A stretch of 64,000 nt of DNA from the human T2T-CHM13v2.0 reference genome, Homo sapiens: the NCBI RefSeq assembly GCF_009914755.1, contig NC_060946.1. One strand, 5' to 3'. Below the pieces are notes generated by a model, which made no database searches, had not been told where the DNA came from, and saw only the letters and a program-made list of their open reading frames with translations. Positions within the stretch are counted from its first letter, which is position 1. Every line of letters starts with the position of its first letter. The translations under genes and the position numbers were made by a program. Shown here piece after piece: positions 1 through 15,865 of this stretch.

Positions 1-426
1 CCACTAAAAAGTTAAATTCGCTTCAGTTGACAAATAAAATTTATGAGATTATTTTCAAGTCTTTATCTCTTCTCACTCACTCTACTCTCATTCCTTAATT
101 TAAGGTTACAGTTCTAGGCCTCATAACTATTTAAAATGCCCATTAGGCCGAATGAGAAAAATAGTAAAGACTGGACTACAACACATACATAGAAAGAAGA
201 AATGACTGACTCATTCCCATTTGCATTTTTAAAAAACTATCATTACCTTATAACTGATGACAATTAAATAGGAACAGTTACGAAAGTGTGAAAACTAAAT
301 AAATCTAAAGAGGGAAATATTTCAATTCCGTAAACGATAATTATGGCATCCTTAATCTTTTTAGCCATCTATTTATATTCAATTTACTTGTTGGAGGCAG
401 TGAATGAGAAATATTTGTGTCACTTA

Positions 427-780
<354 letters not shown>

Positions 781-2460
781 TCAAAGTCGTCTTGTCAGTG
801 AATCCAGTAGAGTTCAGTATTAAATTTAAACAGAAGTAAACAAGATTCTCTATAATTCACTATTCATAGAAAATGTTAACAGGTAGATATGGATCACTAA
901 TCAGAATAGAAAAATCTATGTCTGGTTTAGGGAATATTGAACTATGATGTCTAATTTGACATACTATTTCTTCAGAAAACATTGTTTTAAAGAAGTAGAC
1001 GATCAAACTTCTATAAGGCATCAACTACCTCTTAGCACTGAGATGATAGTCCTATCTCCAAGTAGTATGAAAGAAATGTTCATTACTCATAAGTTTTCTT
1101 TTTGTGCTTTTCAGCCAATGTCTGCAGCTGACATCCACTAAAATAAAACGGCACAATCTAAGCCAAGTCTAACCATGATGACACTAAGAAAACTATCCCC
1201 AGATATTCCTGATTAGTAAAGGAATACAGAATAGTGAGGCCTTTAAGTTCCACTTATTGCTAGATGTTGGTTATTTGCATTTAAAATACTGTTTCTTGAC
1301 TGAACTTAACTCTATGAAGTTATTAATCTAGTAAAGTTTCAATTTAAATAGATGTAAAATCCAGACTGCATGGCAATAGTAGGTTTAAACTCTCTTTTGT
1401 TGGGGGGAAAAACAGCTCATTTTAGGTTCTCTGTAGACAAACCGCCAGAAAAATTACTGACATACTGTGAACATCAATTAGTCACTATGTGTGGGAAGCA
1501 ATATAAAACAAAATGAATAAGAAGGAAAATAAAAGGCAACAGTACTTTTAAATCAAGTAAATATTAAAATGAAATTGTTTTAGAGAAATATTTTTCTGAC
1601 TAAAAATGCTGTTAATATATTGAAAGCACAAAAAATGAGTAAGCATCTAATGCAAATTTCCAGAAAGAAAGATAATATTTCCCCAGAAGACGTTGGTGGT
1701 TTTTAAAAACATATTAATGGGAAAAGTAAAAGTAGTAGTTAAAAAAAGTGGGAGGGAAGAAGCAGGAAGTTATCTATTTTATTTGACAAGTTGTTCATTT
1801 CTTGAACTTTCTTTGCATTGCTTTGTCATAATTTATCATAAATATTCCTCAAATTCTTTAAATTTTATGCTGCAGAATATTAAATTCCTCAACTTCTTTT
1901 GTTTCTCTGATCTAAATCACACCTTTATCTATATGCACTTATTTATTCAAAGACAAAACCTTCATCCCATTTTAAAATATGTCCTCCTGGACCCAATCCA
2001 TCAATATGATTGATCTTTTTCTCTTTTGTGTAATTTATTTTATTCTCCTCTTCGGTGCTCTGATTTCCTTATCACACGTGTATTAAAAAAACCATATTTT
2101 ACAATTCAAAACAAAAACTGTCTCTCATGGTGCTGAACTTTTTCTCTGCTTTTAATTGCCACAGAGAATTTCTATTAGTTATTTCCTTTCCATCACTTCT
2201 TATTATTTCTCAGGTTTTATCCCACAACAGTGAAGTCACAGTGGTTTCTCAAAAGTCATCAGTGACACCCTAATTGCTAAATGTAATATGTTACCTTAAA
2301 CTTCAGTTGAATATTTTTGCCATTGATAATATGCTCTCATTTGAACATTCCACTTACCTTAACCAGTCAGGCTTTCATCCCCAACGGTCCACCAAAAGTA
2401 CTATATTTAACTTTCTTTTTGCCAAATATAATAGTTTTTTTTTAAATTCCTATCATTGTT

Positions 2461-2740
2461 TATTGAGACACGGTCTGGTTCTGTTGTCCAGGCTGGAGTG
2501 TAGTGGTGCGATCAAGGACTCACTGCAGCCTCAACCTCCCAAGCTCAAGCGATCTTTCCACTTCCACCTTCCGGGTGATTGTGACTGCAGGCCACCAGGC
2601 CTAGCTAACTTTGGTATTTTTGTAGAGACAGGGTCTCTTCATATTGCCCAGGCTGGTCTCGAGCTCCTGGGCTCAAGCCTTCTGCCCGCCTCAGGCTCCC
2701 AAACTGCTGGCATTGGAGGTGCAAGCCACCACACCTGGCC
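2461..2740 (-). mobile_element. Alu (AluJ-like)
   Basis: Diverged antisense Alu from tgagac to cacctggcc. Confidence 0.9.
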
Positions 2741-3789
2741 AATTATAAAAGTTATTTTTTAGTCTCCCTCTTACTTGAATTATTCCTGATGCATTTACTC
2801 TCAATCTCCTGGTTATCTTTTCCTGTACAATGGATTTCTGAATGGTACTGAGTCCCATATTTATATCTCCAGCCAGTCTCTTACCAATGCCCCAAACTTA
2901 TAGGAGTCTGTTGTACATATTCGAGTTTAATAGGCAATTTGAACTCAAGGCTACAGACTGAATTCTGATCCACTTTCCAAACAACTTTCCCCATATGTTT
3001 CCCATTTCACCTGATAATAATTACGTCCTGCTGCTAAGGCACATAAGGTCATCCTTAATGCTTTTCTTTTCATTGCATCATTTCTATTAATCATCAAATT
3101 CTGCATGTTTTACTTTTAAGACACATGCAGAATCTAGCCACTTTTCCCTATTCCTCCTGCTATCACCCAGATGCAGGCCATCCACATTTCTCAGGCGATT
3201 AACTCAGCCTCTTTAGTGATCCCCTACCTTCCTCGATTACCTCTTATATTATGTGAGTTATATCTCAGATACTGTAAAAGTAACCATTTTAAAGTACACA
3301 TTTAGTGATTTTTAGGGTATTCCCAAAGTTACAGGAAAGATCAACACTATTTATATATAGAATGTTGCCATTACCTTAAAAAGAAACTACCCATTAGCAT
3401 TCAATCCCAGCCTCCCCCTTTCCTAAGCTAAAACCATGGTCCTTATAATGTAACAAAAACACATAAGTAATTTTATTCTTATTCACTTTTACATATCTTC
3501 TACCATTCTTTTTCTTGGTCAGGGCCCCAATACATACTACAACCTCAGAGGTTCTGCTCTCCTTGCCATTTCAAAAAATTTGCTCAAATCTCCTTTGAGT
3601 TTATATTATGCACCTGCATATACATGAACCCACGAGCCTTATGCTTCTTACTTAAAAGTCACTAGTTGTTGTCACTGCTTCCTACTAAAGCCAAAATGTA
3701 AGTTCTATCAGTACATGGATATTTGTCTTTTCTCAGGTGAACTGTGGAAAACAATACGTGATATATTTTCAGTTCACTTTGATCTTTTT

Positions 3790-4113
3790 TTTCTTTTTCA
3801 CTTTCTTCTTTTTTTTTTTTTTTTAATAGGAAGTAACAAAGTCTTGCTCTGTTGCTCAGGCAGAAGTGGCAGGATCTCGGCTCACCACACAACCTCTGCC
3901 TCTTGGGTTCAGGCGATTTCCTGCCTCAGCCTCTCAGTAGCTGGGACCACAGGCGCCCACCACCCGACCTGACTACTTTTTTTTGGTAATTTTAGTAGAG
4001 ATGGGGTTTTGCCATGTTGGCCAGGCTGGTCTCGAACTCCTGAGCTCAGGTGGTCAACCCACCTTGGCCCCACCAAAGTGTTTGGATTCACCCTGAGTCC
4101 ACCGTGGCTGGCC
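3790..4113 (-). mobile_element. Alu (old AluS/J)
   Basis: Poly-T tail plus Alu body, flanked by tgatcttt repeats (candidate TSD). Confidence 0.9.
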
Positions 4114-4414
4114 TGATCTTTATTCTAAAAGGTTCACAGACTTAATTTCTGTAACAGGCTTACTATTCGGTCTTCTTATTAAACTAAGGAGACTAAAGCA
4201 AGAAAAGATTAAGTAATTTGACTTGATTCTTTATCCTGGTGGTTTTGTTATCAAAATAGAAAACTCTGTTTGCTTATATGTATGTATAACATGAACTAAA
4301 ATGTAAGTTATATTCTTCACGTGTACGCTGAACAATTTATAATTTAATGTTGGTACTGCCAACTCCTTTCTAGATTCTGAACTTCACTTTCTTATTAAAA
4401 AAATGATTTAATAT

Positions 4415-4747
<333 letters not shown>

Positions 4748-5083
4748 TTAATATTTAGGGGCATATTTACAGGCACTTGTTATAAGTGAAAAATTATCCA
4801 ACTACATGGCCACTTCCTCCAGTTTTTCCTACATAGACTGGAGAAAGCATGCTTTCATACTCAATGCCAAATTTGAGTTTAGCTCTCACTGTTTTCCAGT
4901 TGTTCACTTCCCTGCCCCTTTATGTCACTGGGGCACATTCTGTACTTTTGTTTGTGTGTTTAACCCGCATATACATTCCTGTTAAGGCTGGTAGTGCACA
5001 CAACTTTAACCAAGATTTAAACACTTTTTGGATTGAGAGATAACTCACATAGTATAACATTAGCCATTTTAAAGTACACACTT

Positions 5084-5382
5084 GCTGGGCGCAGTGGCTC
5101 ACGTCTGTAGTCCCAGCACTTTGGGAGGCTGAGGCAGGCAGATCACGAGGTCTGCAGTTTGAGACCAGCCTGACCAACATGGTGAAACCCCGTCTGTACT
5201 AAAAATAAAAAAATTAGCTGGGCATGGTAATGTGCACCTGTAATCCCAGCTACTCAGGAGGCTGAGATAGGAGAATCACTTGAACCCTAAAGGCAGAGGT
5301 TGCAGTGAGCTGAGATTGCACCACTGCACTCCAGGCAGGGAGACAGAGTGTGAATCCGTCTAAAAAATAATAATAATAAAAT
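5084..5382 (+). mobile_element. Alu (AluS) inserted in an old L1 3' end
   Basis: Full dimer; TSD aaagtacacact on both sides. Confidence 0.95.
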
Positions 5383-5690
5383 AAAGTACACACTCGGTGA
5401 TTTTCAAGGTATTCACAAAGTTGTACAAACATCACCACTACTTACATACAGAAGATTTTCATCACCTTAATGAGAAACTCTGTACCATTAGCATTCTATA
5501 CCAGCTTCCCCCTTTCCTAGAGCCCTTGGTATCCAATAAGCCATTTTCTGTCTCTGTGGATTTGCCTATTACAGACACTTAATATAAACAGACTCATACA
5601 ATATGAGGCTGTTCGTGACTTACAGCCTTTTGTTGTAGATTATCTTCATGGAGCTGTGTATAACAATCACTGTAGAAGATAAAGATAATG

Positions 5691-6078
<388 letters not shown>

Positions 6079-6329
6079 TTAAAAGGCTGGGGGTTCCTAA
6101 ACTCGAGATTTCTATAACTGGCTTGCCATTCTGTCCGATTTTTAAGCCGAGCATACTGAGGCAAGAAAGTTTAAGTAATTTGTCCAAATTCTTTATCTTG
6201 GTGGTTTTATTATAGAATATGTGGATTTGCACCAATTATATCAGATATATGGTGAGTGAATGTATGATGCAAACCCACTGCAAGGGTAACATCAACCTAG
6301 GCCCACCTCCACATCTGGAAACATTTATA

Positions 6330-8165
6330 TTGTGAATAATGCTACTAGTAACATTCATATACAAATGTTCACAATTATATCTTAATTTTAGGAACATATG
6401 GTGAATGTATGTCCAATCTTTTGAGAAACTACCAGACTGTTTTCTAAAGAAGCAACCTCACTTTATGTTCCCACTAGCAATTGGATGAGGTTCCCAATTT
6501 TTCCATATATTCACCAACATCTGTTATTTCTTTCTGATTACACTCCATTCTATTCAATATATCTCACTGTGGTTTGAGATTCATTGTATCTCATTGTGGT
6601 TTGATTTTCATTTTTCTGATAGCTAATTATCATTTCCTATGCTTAGCTCTAGATATGATGTGACAATATTTTTCTCCCATAGTGTCATTTTACTTCATAA
6701 TCTCTTTGAAGCACAGAAGTTTAATTTCAATGAAGTTCAATTTAGTTGATGTTTATTATTTGTGTTTTTGGTTACATATTGAAGAAACGTTTGCGTAATC
6801 TAAGGTCACAAAGATTAACGTCTACCTTTTTCTAGAGTTTTATTTTATTGTGTTCAGCTCCTGAATTTAGGTTTTTGATACATTTTGAGATAACTGTGGT
6901 AAAAGACAGGGTTCCAACTTCACATGAATATCTAGTTGTCTCAGCTCCATTTCTTGAGATTTTGACTATGTTTCCTCATTTACTTATCTTGGTACCTTTG
7001 TTGGAAATCAATTGCACACAGGTGGGAAGGCTTCTTTCTGAACTCTCAATTCTATTTCATTGGTGTATTGTGTCAGTACCACACTATCTTTACTGCAGCT
7101 TTGTGGTAAATTTTGAATGGAAAGTGTATTGTTTTGGCTATTCTGCATCCTATGAAAGTCCATAAGAATAGTAGAATTGCCATAGCTATTTTTATAAAGA
7201 AGCCACCTGGGATTTGGTAGAGACTTAATTGAAACTGTAGGTCAATTTTGCGGTGTTGTCACTTAATGTTATCTTCCAATCCATGAATATTGGATATCTT
7301 TCCATTTATTTCAATTTTCTTTAATGTCTTTCAACAATATTTTAGAGTTATTAGATTATAATGTTTGCACATTTGTTAAATTCATTCCTAAGTATTTTAT
7401 TCTCTTATCTTTGTGAAATGTTTTTCTTAATCTCATTTTATTTTTGGATTGCTCTTTGTTACTGTGTAGGTATATAATTGACTTTTGTATACTGATCTTG
7501 TTATCTGCAATTCTGCTGGACTTAATTATTAGTTCTGATTTATCAGAATTTTTTGTATACAGGATCATGTCATCTGCAAACAGAGGTAGATTCACTTTTT
7601 TCCTTTCCAATTTAGATGGCTTTTTTTTTTTAATTTTCTTGCCCAATTGCCCCTCATCAAAATCAAACTCCCAGTAAAATGTCAAAGAGAAGTGGCAGCA
7701 GTGGACATCCTAGCCTTATTCTGGATCATGAGGAAAATGCATTCAGGTTTTTGCATTAAGTTTCATGTTAGATTTGGGGTTTGTGTAGATGCCTTTTTTC
7801 AGGCTGAGGTATTTTCTTTCTATTCCCACCTAGTTGAGTGCTTTTATCGTAGAAAGGTGTTGGATTTTATAAAATATTTTACCACATCTGTTGAGATTGT
7901 CATATGGTTTGCGTTCCTTAATTGTATCAGCATTGCATAGCTGATTCTTGAATATTAAGCTAACCTTGCATTCCTGAGATAAATCCTACTTGGTTATGAA
8001 ATGCACCTCTTCTCATATATTGCTGGATTTGAATTGCTAGTATTTCCTTGGGAATTTTTGTCTGTATTCATGAAATATATTTGTCTGTAACATTCTTTTC
8101 TTCTACAATCTTTCTCTAGTTTTGTTATCAGAGTACTACTTGCCTCATAGAATGAGCTGGAAAGT
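6330..8165 (-). mobile_element. Old L1 (L1M) ORF2/3' fragments
   Basis: Minus-strand ORFs contain L1 ORF2 motifs LFADDMILY, IKYLGMNLT and SFYEASSTLI. Confidence 0.85.
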
Positions 8166-8386
8166 CTGTTAATTTTATATTGGTTACCTTTAACCATAAA
8201 ATCAGATCTATATGAAATTATCTATCTAAAACTTGTTGAGATCACATTTTTGAACCAAGTAAATCATCATTAAAAAAGAATGTTTTCTTGGTAAGTAGAA
8301 GGTATATAGTGGTTAAGACACATATTTACTTTTTAAGAGTGAAGGTAGCAACATTTATATACATATAAAAGGATTGTTAATTGTTA

Positions 8387-11300
8387 ATTGCAAAGTATTC
8401 CTATTAACAACTAAATGTCTGTATACTCATCAGTCTAGATGATTGATATATTAATCACCTCTCACTACAATTGTGATTTGTCAATATAAATAAATATCCA
8501 TCAAATTTAATTCTGGCGTATATTGTGACAATGCTACTGAGGCATTTAAATTTGTGACTGTTATATATCTTTAAAATTTTTTCACATTTTGATATTTCAT
8601 ATTTTGCCTGTCACCTCTTCTGTTATCTATTATTGTCCCTCCTTATTGCTTGCATTTTTTCTAAAATTCTCTTCTGTCTTATACAATTGTAGTGGCCTAT
8701 CTTTTTAAATAAATATTTGTTAATTTTCTCTACACATTTGTTTTAATATTTCAGTGTGATTATTCCCAAGTAAAAGCATATTTTCTCAATCCAGTGTTAG
8801 AGTATTTAATATTTTAACACATAATTTGGAAGCATTTACATCTAATATGATTACTCTCTTATCTACATAATATCTGATTAGATATCTTTTTATTTACCCA
8901 AGATTTTCTGTCTCTGCCTTTGCCGCCTCTCTTTCAGCCTGTTGTTCAATCCCTCTCCCTACCCTGAACCTTTTTTTCTAATTGTATTATTTTTCTTGCA
9001 GAAATTTATTTTTTCCTGCTTTTGACATTAATTACCATATTTTTACACTTTCTGTAGTTATTCATTTTTTTGAAAAAATATTCATTTTTCCTGGTTTTGA
9101 CATTAACTACCATATTTCTACACTTTCTGTAGCTAATCAAAAGGGCCCAGTTAGTTGATATTTTTTTCCTAAAAATGTAAAATGTATTTCTAGCCCCCAC
9201 AAAAAAAAACCCACACAAATTCCTACGTACCATTTTAATTTTGATATTTGTTTTTGTCCCTGCTAAAAAATAAAAATAATAGGTTTTATACTTCTTTTCC
9301 TTTGGCTTTCACTAAGTCTTTAATATTTGCTTAATCTTTGTGAGTTGAAAAATGTGTTTTTATTAAATGACAACTTATGTGGAATAATATCCAGTGTAGA
9401 ATTTATTTTCATATTCTGCCTTTTGGCCCTTCTATACATGTTTTCCTTCTGGTGTATCTTGTAATTTAATATGAAAGTTGTCTACTCTGAGCTCAATTTT
9501 TATTAACTTATCTTTCATGTATGGTCATCAGATATAACATGGAATTCCCAGTTGCATTTTCATTTTAAATAAACAATAAATAGCATTTTAGTATAATTAT
9601 ATTCTCAATATTGCAAGGAAGAGACTCATACCAAAAATAAATTATATGTTGTTTGTCAGCAAACTATCAAATTTCAAAATGAAATGTGACATTTACATTT
9701 ATGTATTTTCCCCCACAACTGGCAAACTTACTTTCAGATCCACTTAGAAAATTACTTATTCTTACTATATTTGTGCTGAATCTACTATACAAGAAACAAA
9801 GAAACAAAAATTTGTTTGACTTTTTACTATATGGTTCATTTTTCAATGAGATATAATTCTCTATTTAAAAAATTTATTTTTGTCCTCCTACTCACCTGTT
9901 TTGCCTTTAGATTCCATTTATTCATCTCAGAGAACACCAAAACCTACTTATTATGAAGAATCTTTAAATTCAACTTTTTATCCTTGAGTGTTCCCCTTAG
10001 TGTGTCTTTTTTGGCTGTTTCTTAGGGCATCGAACGTCCACCAATCAATCAGTTTCTGCTTTTGAGGTAGTTATATCTTGTACGTAATATAAAAAATCTG
10101 ACCTCAGTCTTGAATATCACATAGGATGGAGGTTGAGATATGAACTTTCCCCTCATGGCTTTGAATAAAAACCTCATTCTGTGTTAGATCCTAGTATCTG
10201 TGGTCAATGGCTTTCTATATTGGCTCAAATATTCCAGCTAAATGTCTAAACAACACTTTCTTTAACAAATTATTTAGGCAGGAAGCCAAACCCCACTGGA
10301 CTCAGAAATGGTCTCTTCCCTGGGAATATATCCACATTTACTCCTCAGTTGACTATTTCAATGAACTATCCAGTTTATCCCAAATTAGTGATATTGGAGT
10401 TCAAATCTCACAGATGTTTTCTTTCTTGACAGCCATTTTTATTTTTTTAAAAAGAATATTATATTACACTTTTAATCTTTGGTTTTCATAATATTTGGTT
10501 TTGCAACTGCTCACATTGCCCCAGAGAACTAGAAACAAGTGCTTGATTTCAATTGAATTATTTGTTACTTAACAAATAAAACCTATGAAAAGCCATTATT
10601 ACTATATCCCTTCTGCAGTTGAAAAAGAACATATTTTTGATAATATTTTCTGGAAGCACTGCCAACTTTATTTTTTTTCCAAAGTGTATGGCAGGTATTT
10701 CATCTGTTCTTCATTGACCTATATTATTTATATGCTATAAATCATTGGCTTTTTCACATATATTATAAAACTTCTTCGAGATTAATTTTGGTGAAAAGTT
10801 TATTCTATAAAATCACTTTATTATAGGTAAATCATATCATTTCATTCTCTGCAATCATACCTCCCCATGTTTTGCTTTATGAGATTTGGTTTGCTTTGTA
10901 CTTTAAAGCCTTCCTCAAACTTTGACTTCCTAGGACTTCCAGGTACAATGCAACACCCCAGTGTTTCCTCTGAACAACTAAAACACCACGGACATAATGA
11001 CAAGAAACAAAGACAGACTCTGAAAGGTCTTGTCTAGGGATTTCAGGACTTGAAGAGTGATACTATGGTAAAGATACTGGGTTTTCTTATTGCCTTCCAT
11101 GTATCCCACATAATGGACTATAGAAGTTTCCAATTCTGAATCTCCAATAGGCACAGACAAAAAGAGCTTCAAGAAAATCCTGTTCTCTCGCAGCCCAAGG
11201 ACCAGGAGAGGATAACCTAACTACAAACAACTACACAAAACCGTTCTATGGAGAATAACCAAACTACTCCAGACGAACACCACAGAAAAAAAACTACTAC

Positions 11301-12522
11301 TTCAGTTTCTCTGCAGCCATGTACAGAGACAAGCTTCTCCCAGGTCAGTGATGCTCTGATTCCCTCTAAAGTCAGAGGAGGCAGCTAATCTTCTATTTCC
11401 CAACCAGCTAAAACAGAGGACAGCATTCCAATTCCAATTCCCTAACCAGTGTCAGCAGAGTCCAATAGCAAGCTGAGCACCCAGGTCCACCCAACAACAA
11501 TAGTGGTTAAAGAGCCAGATCTAAGTAGAGATGATTGCACTGTGCTTCTTGACTGCTCTTTCCACTACCCTACCCTATTCTGTCAGTGGGCTCCACTGGG
11601 GAGTTAAGCATCTACCACCACCCAACCCCCTATCCTCTGAACAGTTGAAATGAATCTAAACTAGTCAGCAATCTGCTATTTCCCTATGCTACAGGTCAGG
11701 AGGACCCCAAATTTGCAACAGAATCATCCACAACTGCTCCAAAAAATGTGATATGCTCTGATATACATTAAAAAAAAACAGGTATGGGCTGGCTCTGTAT
11801 GCTGAAACATATAAAACACTGGTGAAAGAAATCAAAGTAGTAATAAAGAAGGATACATTGTGTTAATGTATTGGAAGACTCAATATGTTGTGTTAATCTT
11901 CCCCAGCTTGATCTATATATTTGATGCAATTCCTATCAAAATCTCAAAAAGGATTTTTTGAGATAAAGCAAACTTACATCCTTGGATAGCTAAGACAATT
12001 TTGAAAAAGAAGTATATAATGGGAGGAATCTGTCAACAATGTTTTAAAGACTTATTACACAGCCAAAGTAATCATGACAGTGTGGTATTTGCCTAGGGAT
12101 AGATTCATAAAAAATGTAGAAGAGGAAGCCCAGAAATAGAGTCACACTGATTTGAATATGATGCAATATCTCACAAAGCTGGCAAACACAAATCAGTGGA
12201 GGAAAAATAGCCTTTTAACAAATTGTGCTAGGGCAAGTGGACATCCATAGGTTAAGGAAAAATAGCCTTAACATAAAACTCACCCTACAGAAATTAATGC
12301 AAAATGGTTCATGAACTTCAATGCAATCTGAAATTCTAACACTTTTTAGGAAACTTTAAAAAATAATAAAGAAAATTCAACCCTCTTAGGCGTGGCAAAG
12401 AGTTATTGGATTTGATACCAAAAATACAAGCCATGAAAAAAATCTGATAAATTAGATCAAATCAAAACTTAAAACTTCTGCTCTGTGAAATAACTTATGA
12501 AGAGACTAGAAAGCCAATGTGC
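8387..12522. repeat. Left arm of a ~4.1-kb inverted duplication (mosaic of old L1 fragments and unique DNA)
   Basis: Collinear reverse-complement match to 25814-30004. Paralogous ORF pairs: 10207+/27952- and 10978-/27116+. Confidence 0.93.
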
Positions 12523-13060
12523 AGATGGAAGAAAGCATATATGAAATGTGTACCCAATTACTATACCTAGGTAAAAATTAATTAGCTAATGAACAAAGGG
12601 TACAAAGACATTTCATTAAGAAGGATATAAGCATGGGAAATAAATGCACAAAAAGTCACTGAACATTACTAGCTACATCACTGCATCTATTAAAACACCT
12701 ACAATTTTAACAAGTAATGACAACACCAAATGCTGGTGAAGATGTAGAAATAACAAGCCACTCATGCGTTGTTTGGTGGCATGTAAAATGGTAGGGTCAG
12801 TCCAAAACTGTTTGCCATGCAGCTGTCAGACAACCTTGCAACTCAGTGCAGTTATCCTACAGAAAATAAAACTTACGCAAAAAAACTGTACATGAAGGTA
12901 TAAGGCAACTCAACTAAGAACATCCCTTGTGTTCTTCAATTGTGAATGTTCAAACAAGCTGTGGTACATTTATACCATGGGTTGCTACTCAGCAATAAAA
13001 ATGAAATAGACTATTAGCAGGTATAATTGGAAGAATCCCAGGGAGTTAAACTGAGTGAGG
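11740..13060 (+). mobile_element. Old L1 (L1M) ORF2 end and 3' region
   Basis: L1 ORF2-like text (gcaattcctatcaaaatctca, caacaccaaatgctggtgaagatgtag); continues past the arm boundary at 12522. Confidence 0.8.
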
Positions 13061-14298
13061 AGTCTTGGCAGGGAAGTGTTCCTCCTGTTTCTGCCACACT
13101 ATGCAACACAGGGAGATGGAAACAGATCTACTGACAAGTAAAATGACATGAATGTTCATACTCCTTTTGCTGGATTCCTTCATATTTAACATGGACCTGG
13201 GTGCTGCAGCTTCTCAACTGGTCTCTGGAGCTCTCACAAAGGTATTGTGGTCCAAATATTGTTATTAATTCACTGACTCTGTGAAGGCATGAAGGCCTGA
13301 CACTTCCTAGTACGCCATCTTGTTGACATACATAGCCTCCATCTCCAGTACACAATACAGAGACCATTCTTTCATTCAATCACTTACTATGCTTACTTAA
13401 CAAAAAAACAGTTGCATAATATCTAAGAAATGACAGAGTAATCAGGAAATAATTGTGATGACAGGTAAATAATATATTCATTTTTTAAAAAAGATTTGAT
13501 GTTACCCCTGAAATGTCATGCACAGTTATAGATGAGAAAGCAAACCTAACAGATGCTAGAAATAGGATGACTGTTTCACGATCTCTTGTAAGTTATAACT
13601 CCTTCATGAATACCCCTCTTTTGTGATAGAATACCCTTTTTCCCGTTTGAAAACTAAAACACAAACTATTATCATCCATAAAACAATTATGACTAAGACA
13701 AACAAGATATATGACTGACATAGATTTCAAGTAAATGGAAATATTATACAAAGATGTTAGAGTTAAGTCTTCAACTCTGATGTTATCTGATGCTCAAATT
13801 TAAGACTAATAATATTAAGCAATATCTTCATGTTTAAGAGTCACAAATCAGACTTTCAACCCACAATTTAAAAATAAAATGTAATTTTCTATGATAGCAT
13901 TGACCTTAACTGAAAAAATGTATATATCAAAGCTGTTAAGCAACTTTACTTGCTTTCCTTCTAGAAAGCTCCATTATGACAGTACAGCCAAACTTAAGAA
14001 AAATATCAATAGAAAGAATACTTAAAATAATTCTAACAGATTATCTTAAGAGTACTATAGAAGATAAACAAAGCATCTCAAAAATCAGGAGCCTAATTAT
14101 AAGGAGTATTTTTATTGGTTACTGTGTTTCAAGTACCTGGAAACAGCTGCAACTTTGTACACAAAGTGAATTTGCTTTCCAGGTATATTGGCAATAAACA
14201 GGTACAACTGATGAGAATTTTTTTTTTCATTTGTTGAACAGTAATACTCAGCAAGATTTGGAAGGTAAAAAAATAAACACAGCAGAATTTTTTTTTAC

Positions 14299-14385
14299 CT
14301 TATTTTTTCTCGCTTCCTTGATGCTAATACAAGAGACAGTGGGAGGGAGTTTCACTGATACGTTCTGCATCAGAATTTAGAATTT
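14299..14385 (-). other. XKR3: Candidate alternative non-coding first exon of XKR3 (5' boundary uncertain)
   Basis: Minus-strand donor AAG|GTAAAA after 14299 in non-repetitive sequence; spacing fits my recollection of the XKR3 gene model. Confidence 0.45.
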
Positions 14386-14899
14386 CAAAAGATTTTGTTA
14401 CAAGAATAATCAGAAGAATTAGATTCTAACTCTGTAGGCAGCAGGTATCTAGGAAACCTCGTGCTTCAATTTCATATAAATTGAATTTACACTACATCTT
14501 TAAATTTTTTGGACTTCAATATGATTATTTTATGTGAATTTCAGTTCAAACAAACTATGCTATACCTGTTACATGGAGTTACAGTTTAGTTTTATAACAT
14601 ACTCGTTCTGGGCATTTATTTTTACTATTTTTTGCCACCTAATAAGAAATTTTAAAATCACTATTAAAAACTTTAATAAATACATGACATTCTTACTGTA
14701 TCTACAAATTAATTTATCAAATGGCTGTGATAGGTGCCACAAAGATATAATAGATCTTATAAAATGACAAAAACTGAAAATGGCAATTTTGTATGTTAAT
14801 TTTAGACTTTTTTCTTTAATCAAATCTTTGAAAAATGCAATTGACTGTTGAAATAATAAAATATTGTGGTTATATAATTTTAAAAATGCATGTAGCACA

Positions 14900-15400
14900 G
14901 AGGCTGAGAGGGGATAATGGTACATGTTATTTTAGTGTTTTAACATTGTCCATAGAGAAGTGTAATACCTCTTCAAGGTAGGTTGTGGTAAATTTGAGAT
15001 GTACACTACAAACCTCAAAGCAAGAACTAAAGTAACAGTAACAGCTAAGAAACCAACAAAGGCCATAATAGGAAATTAAAAAAATAAATAAATAATAGAA
15101 AAGAAGACAGATAAGAGAAAATGGAACAAGTAACACATGGAGAAAACAGAAAGCTACATCAATCAGCACATTAACTGTAAATGGCTTATATACCACAACT
15201 AAAAGGTAAAGCCTATAAGAGAAATAAAAATAGTAAAATCCAGTTATATGTTGTCTCCTGGAAACCCATACTTGACATAAAGACACAATTACTACGGAAG
15301 AGATGGAATAAAGCTGTGCACTACTAACCCTAGTGATAAGACTGCTGGAATGGCTATATTAATATCAGACAAAGTAGAGCAAAAAAAATGGAAAATATCA
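14900..15400 (+). mobile_element. Old L1 fragment (ORF1 end / ORF2 start)
   Basis: gctatattaatatcagacaaagtaga and tatatgttgtct..gaaaccca resemble the L1 endonuclease start. Confidence 0.7.
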
Positions 15401-15574
15401 ACTGATGCTCAAGTTGTTCTGGTTAGCAGTACAAACTCTGGAACCAGACTTTCTGAGTTACAATACTGTCACTTCTATTTTTTTCTTTTAACTATAAAAT
15501 AAATGTCCACATTGCTAACAAGCATATTAACTAGCTTATTATGCTTGCTTCCTTTGCTTTTGGTTGTGGTGGGT

Positions 15575-15865
15575 ATTTATTTGTTTATTTTTTAAGACAT
15601 GATCTGCCCTTGTCACCCAGGTTGGAGTGCAGTGGCGTGACCTAGACTCACTGAAGCCTCAACCTCCAGGACTCAAATGATCCTCCTGCCTTAGCCTCCC
15701 AAGTAGCTGGGACCACAGGTGCATGCCACCATGTACACTAATTTTTGTGTTTTTTGAGGAGATGGGGTTTGACCATCTTCCTGGTCTCAAACTCATGAGC
15801 TAAAGTGATCCACCTGCCTCAGCCTTCCAGTGTTGGGATTACAAGCATGAGCTACCACACTGCCA
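15575..15865 (-). mobile_element. Alu (AluJ-like)
   Basis: Diverged antisense Alu. Confidence 0.9.
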
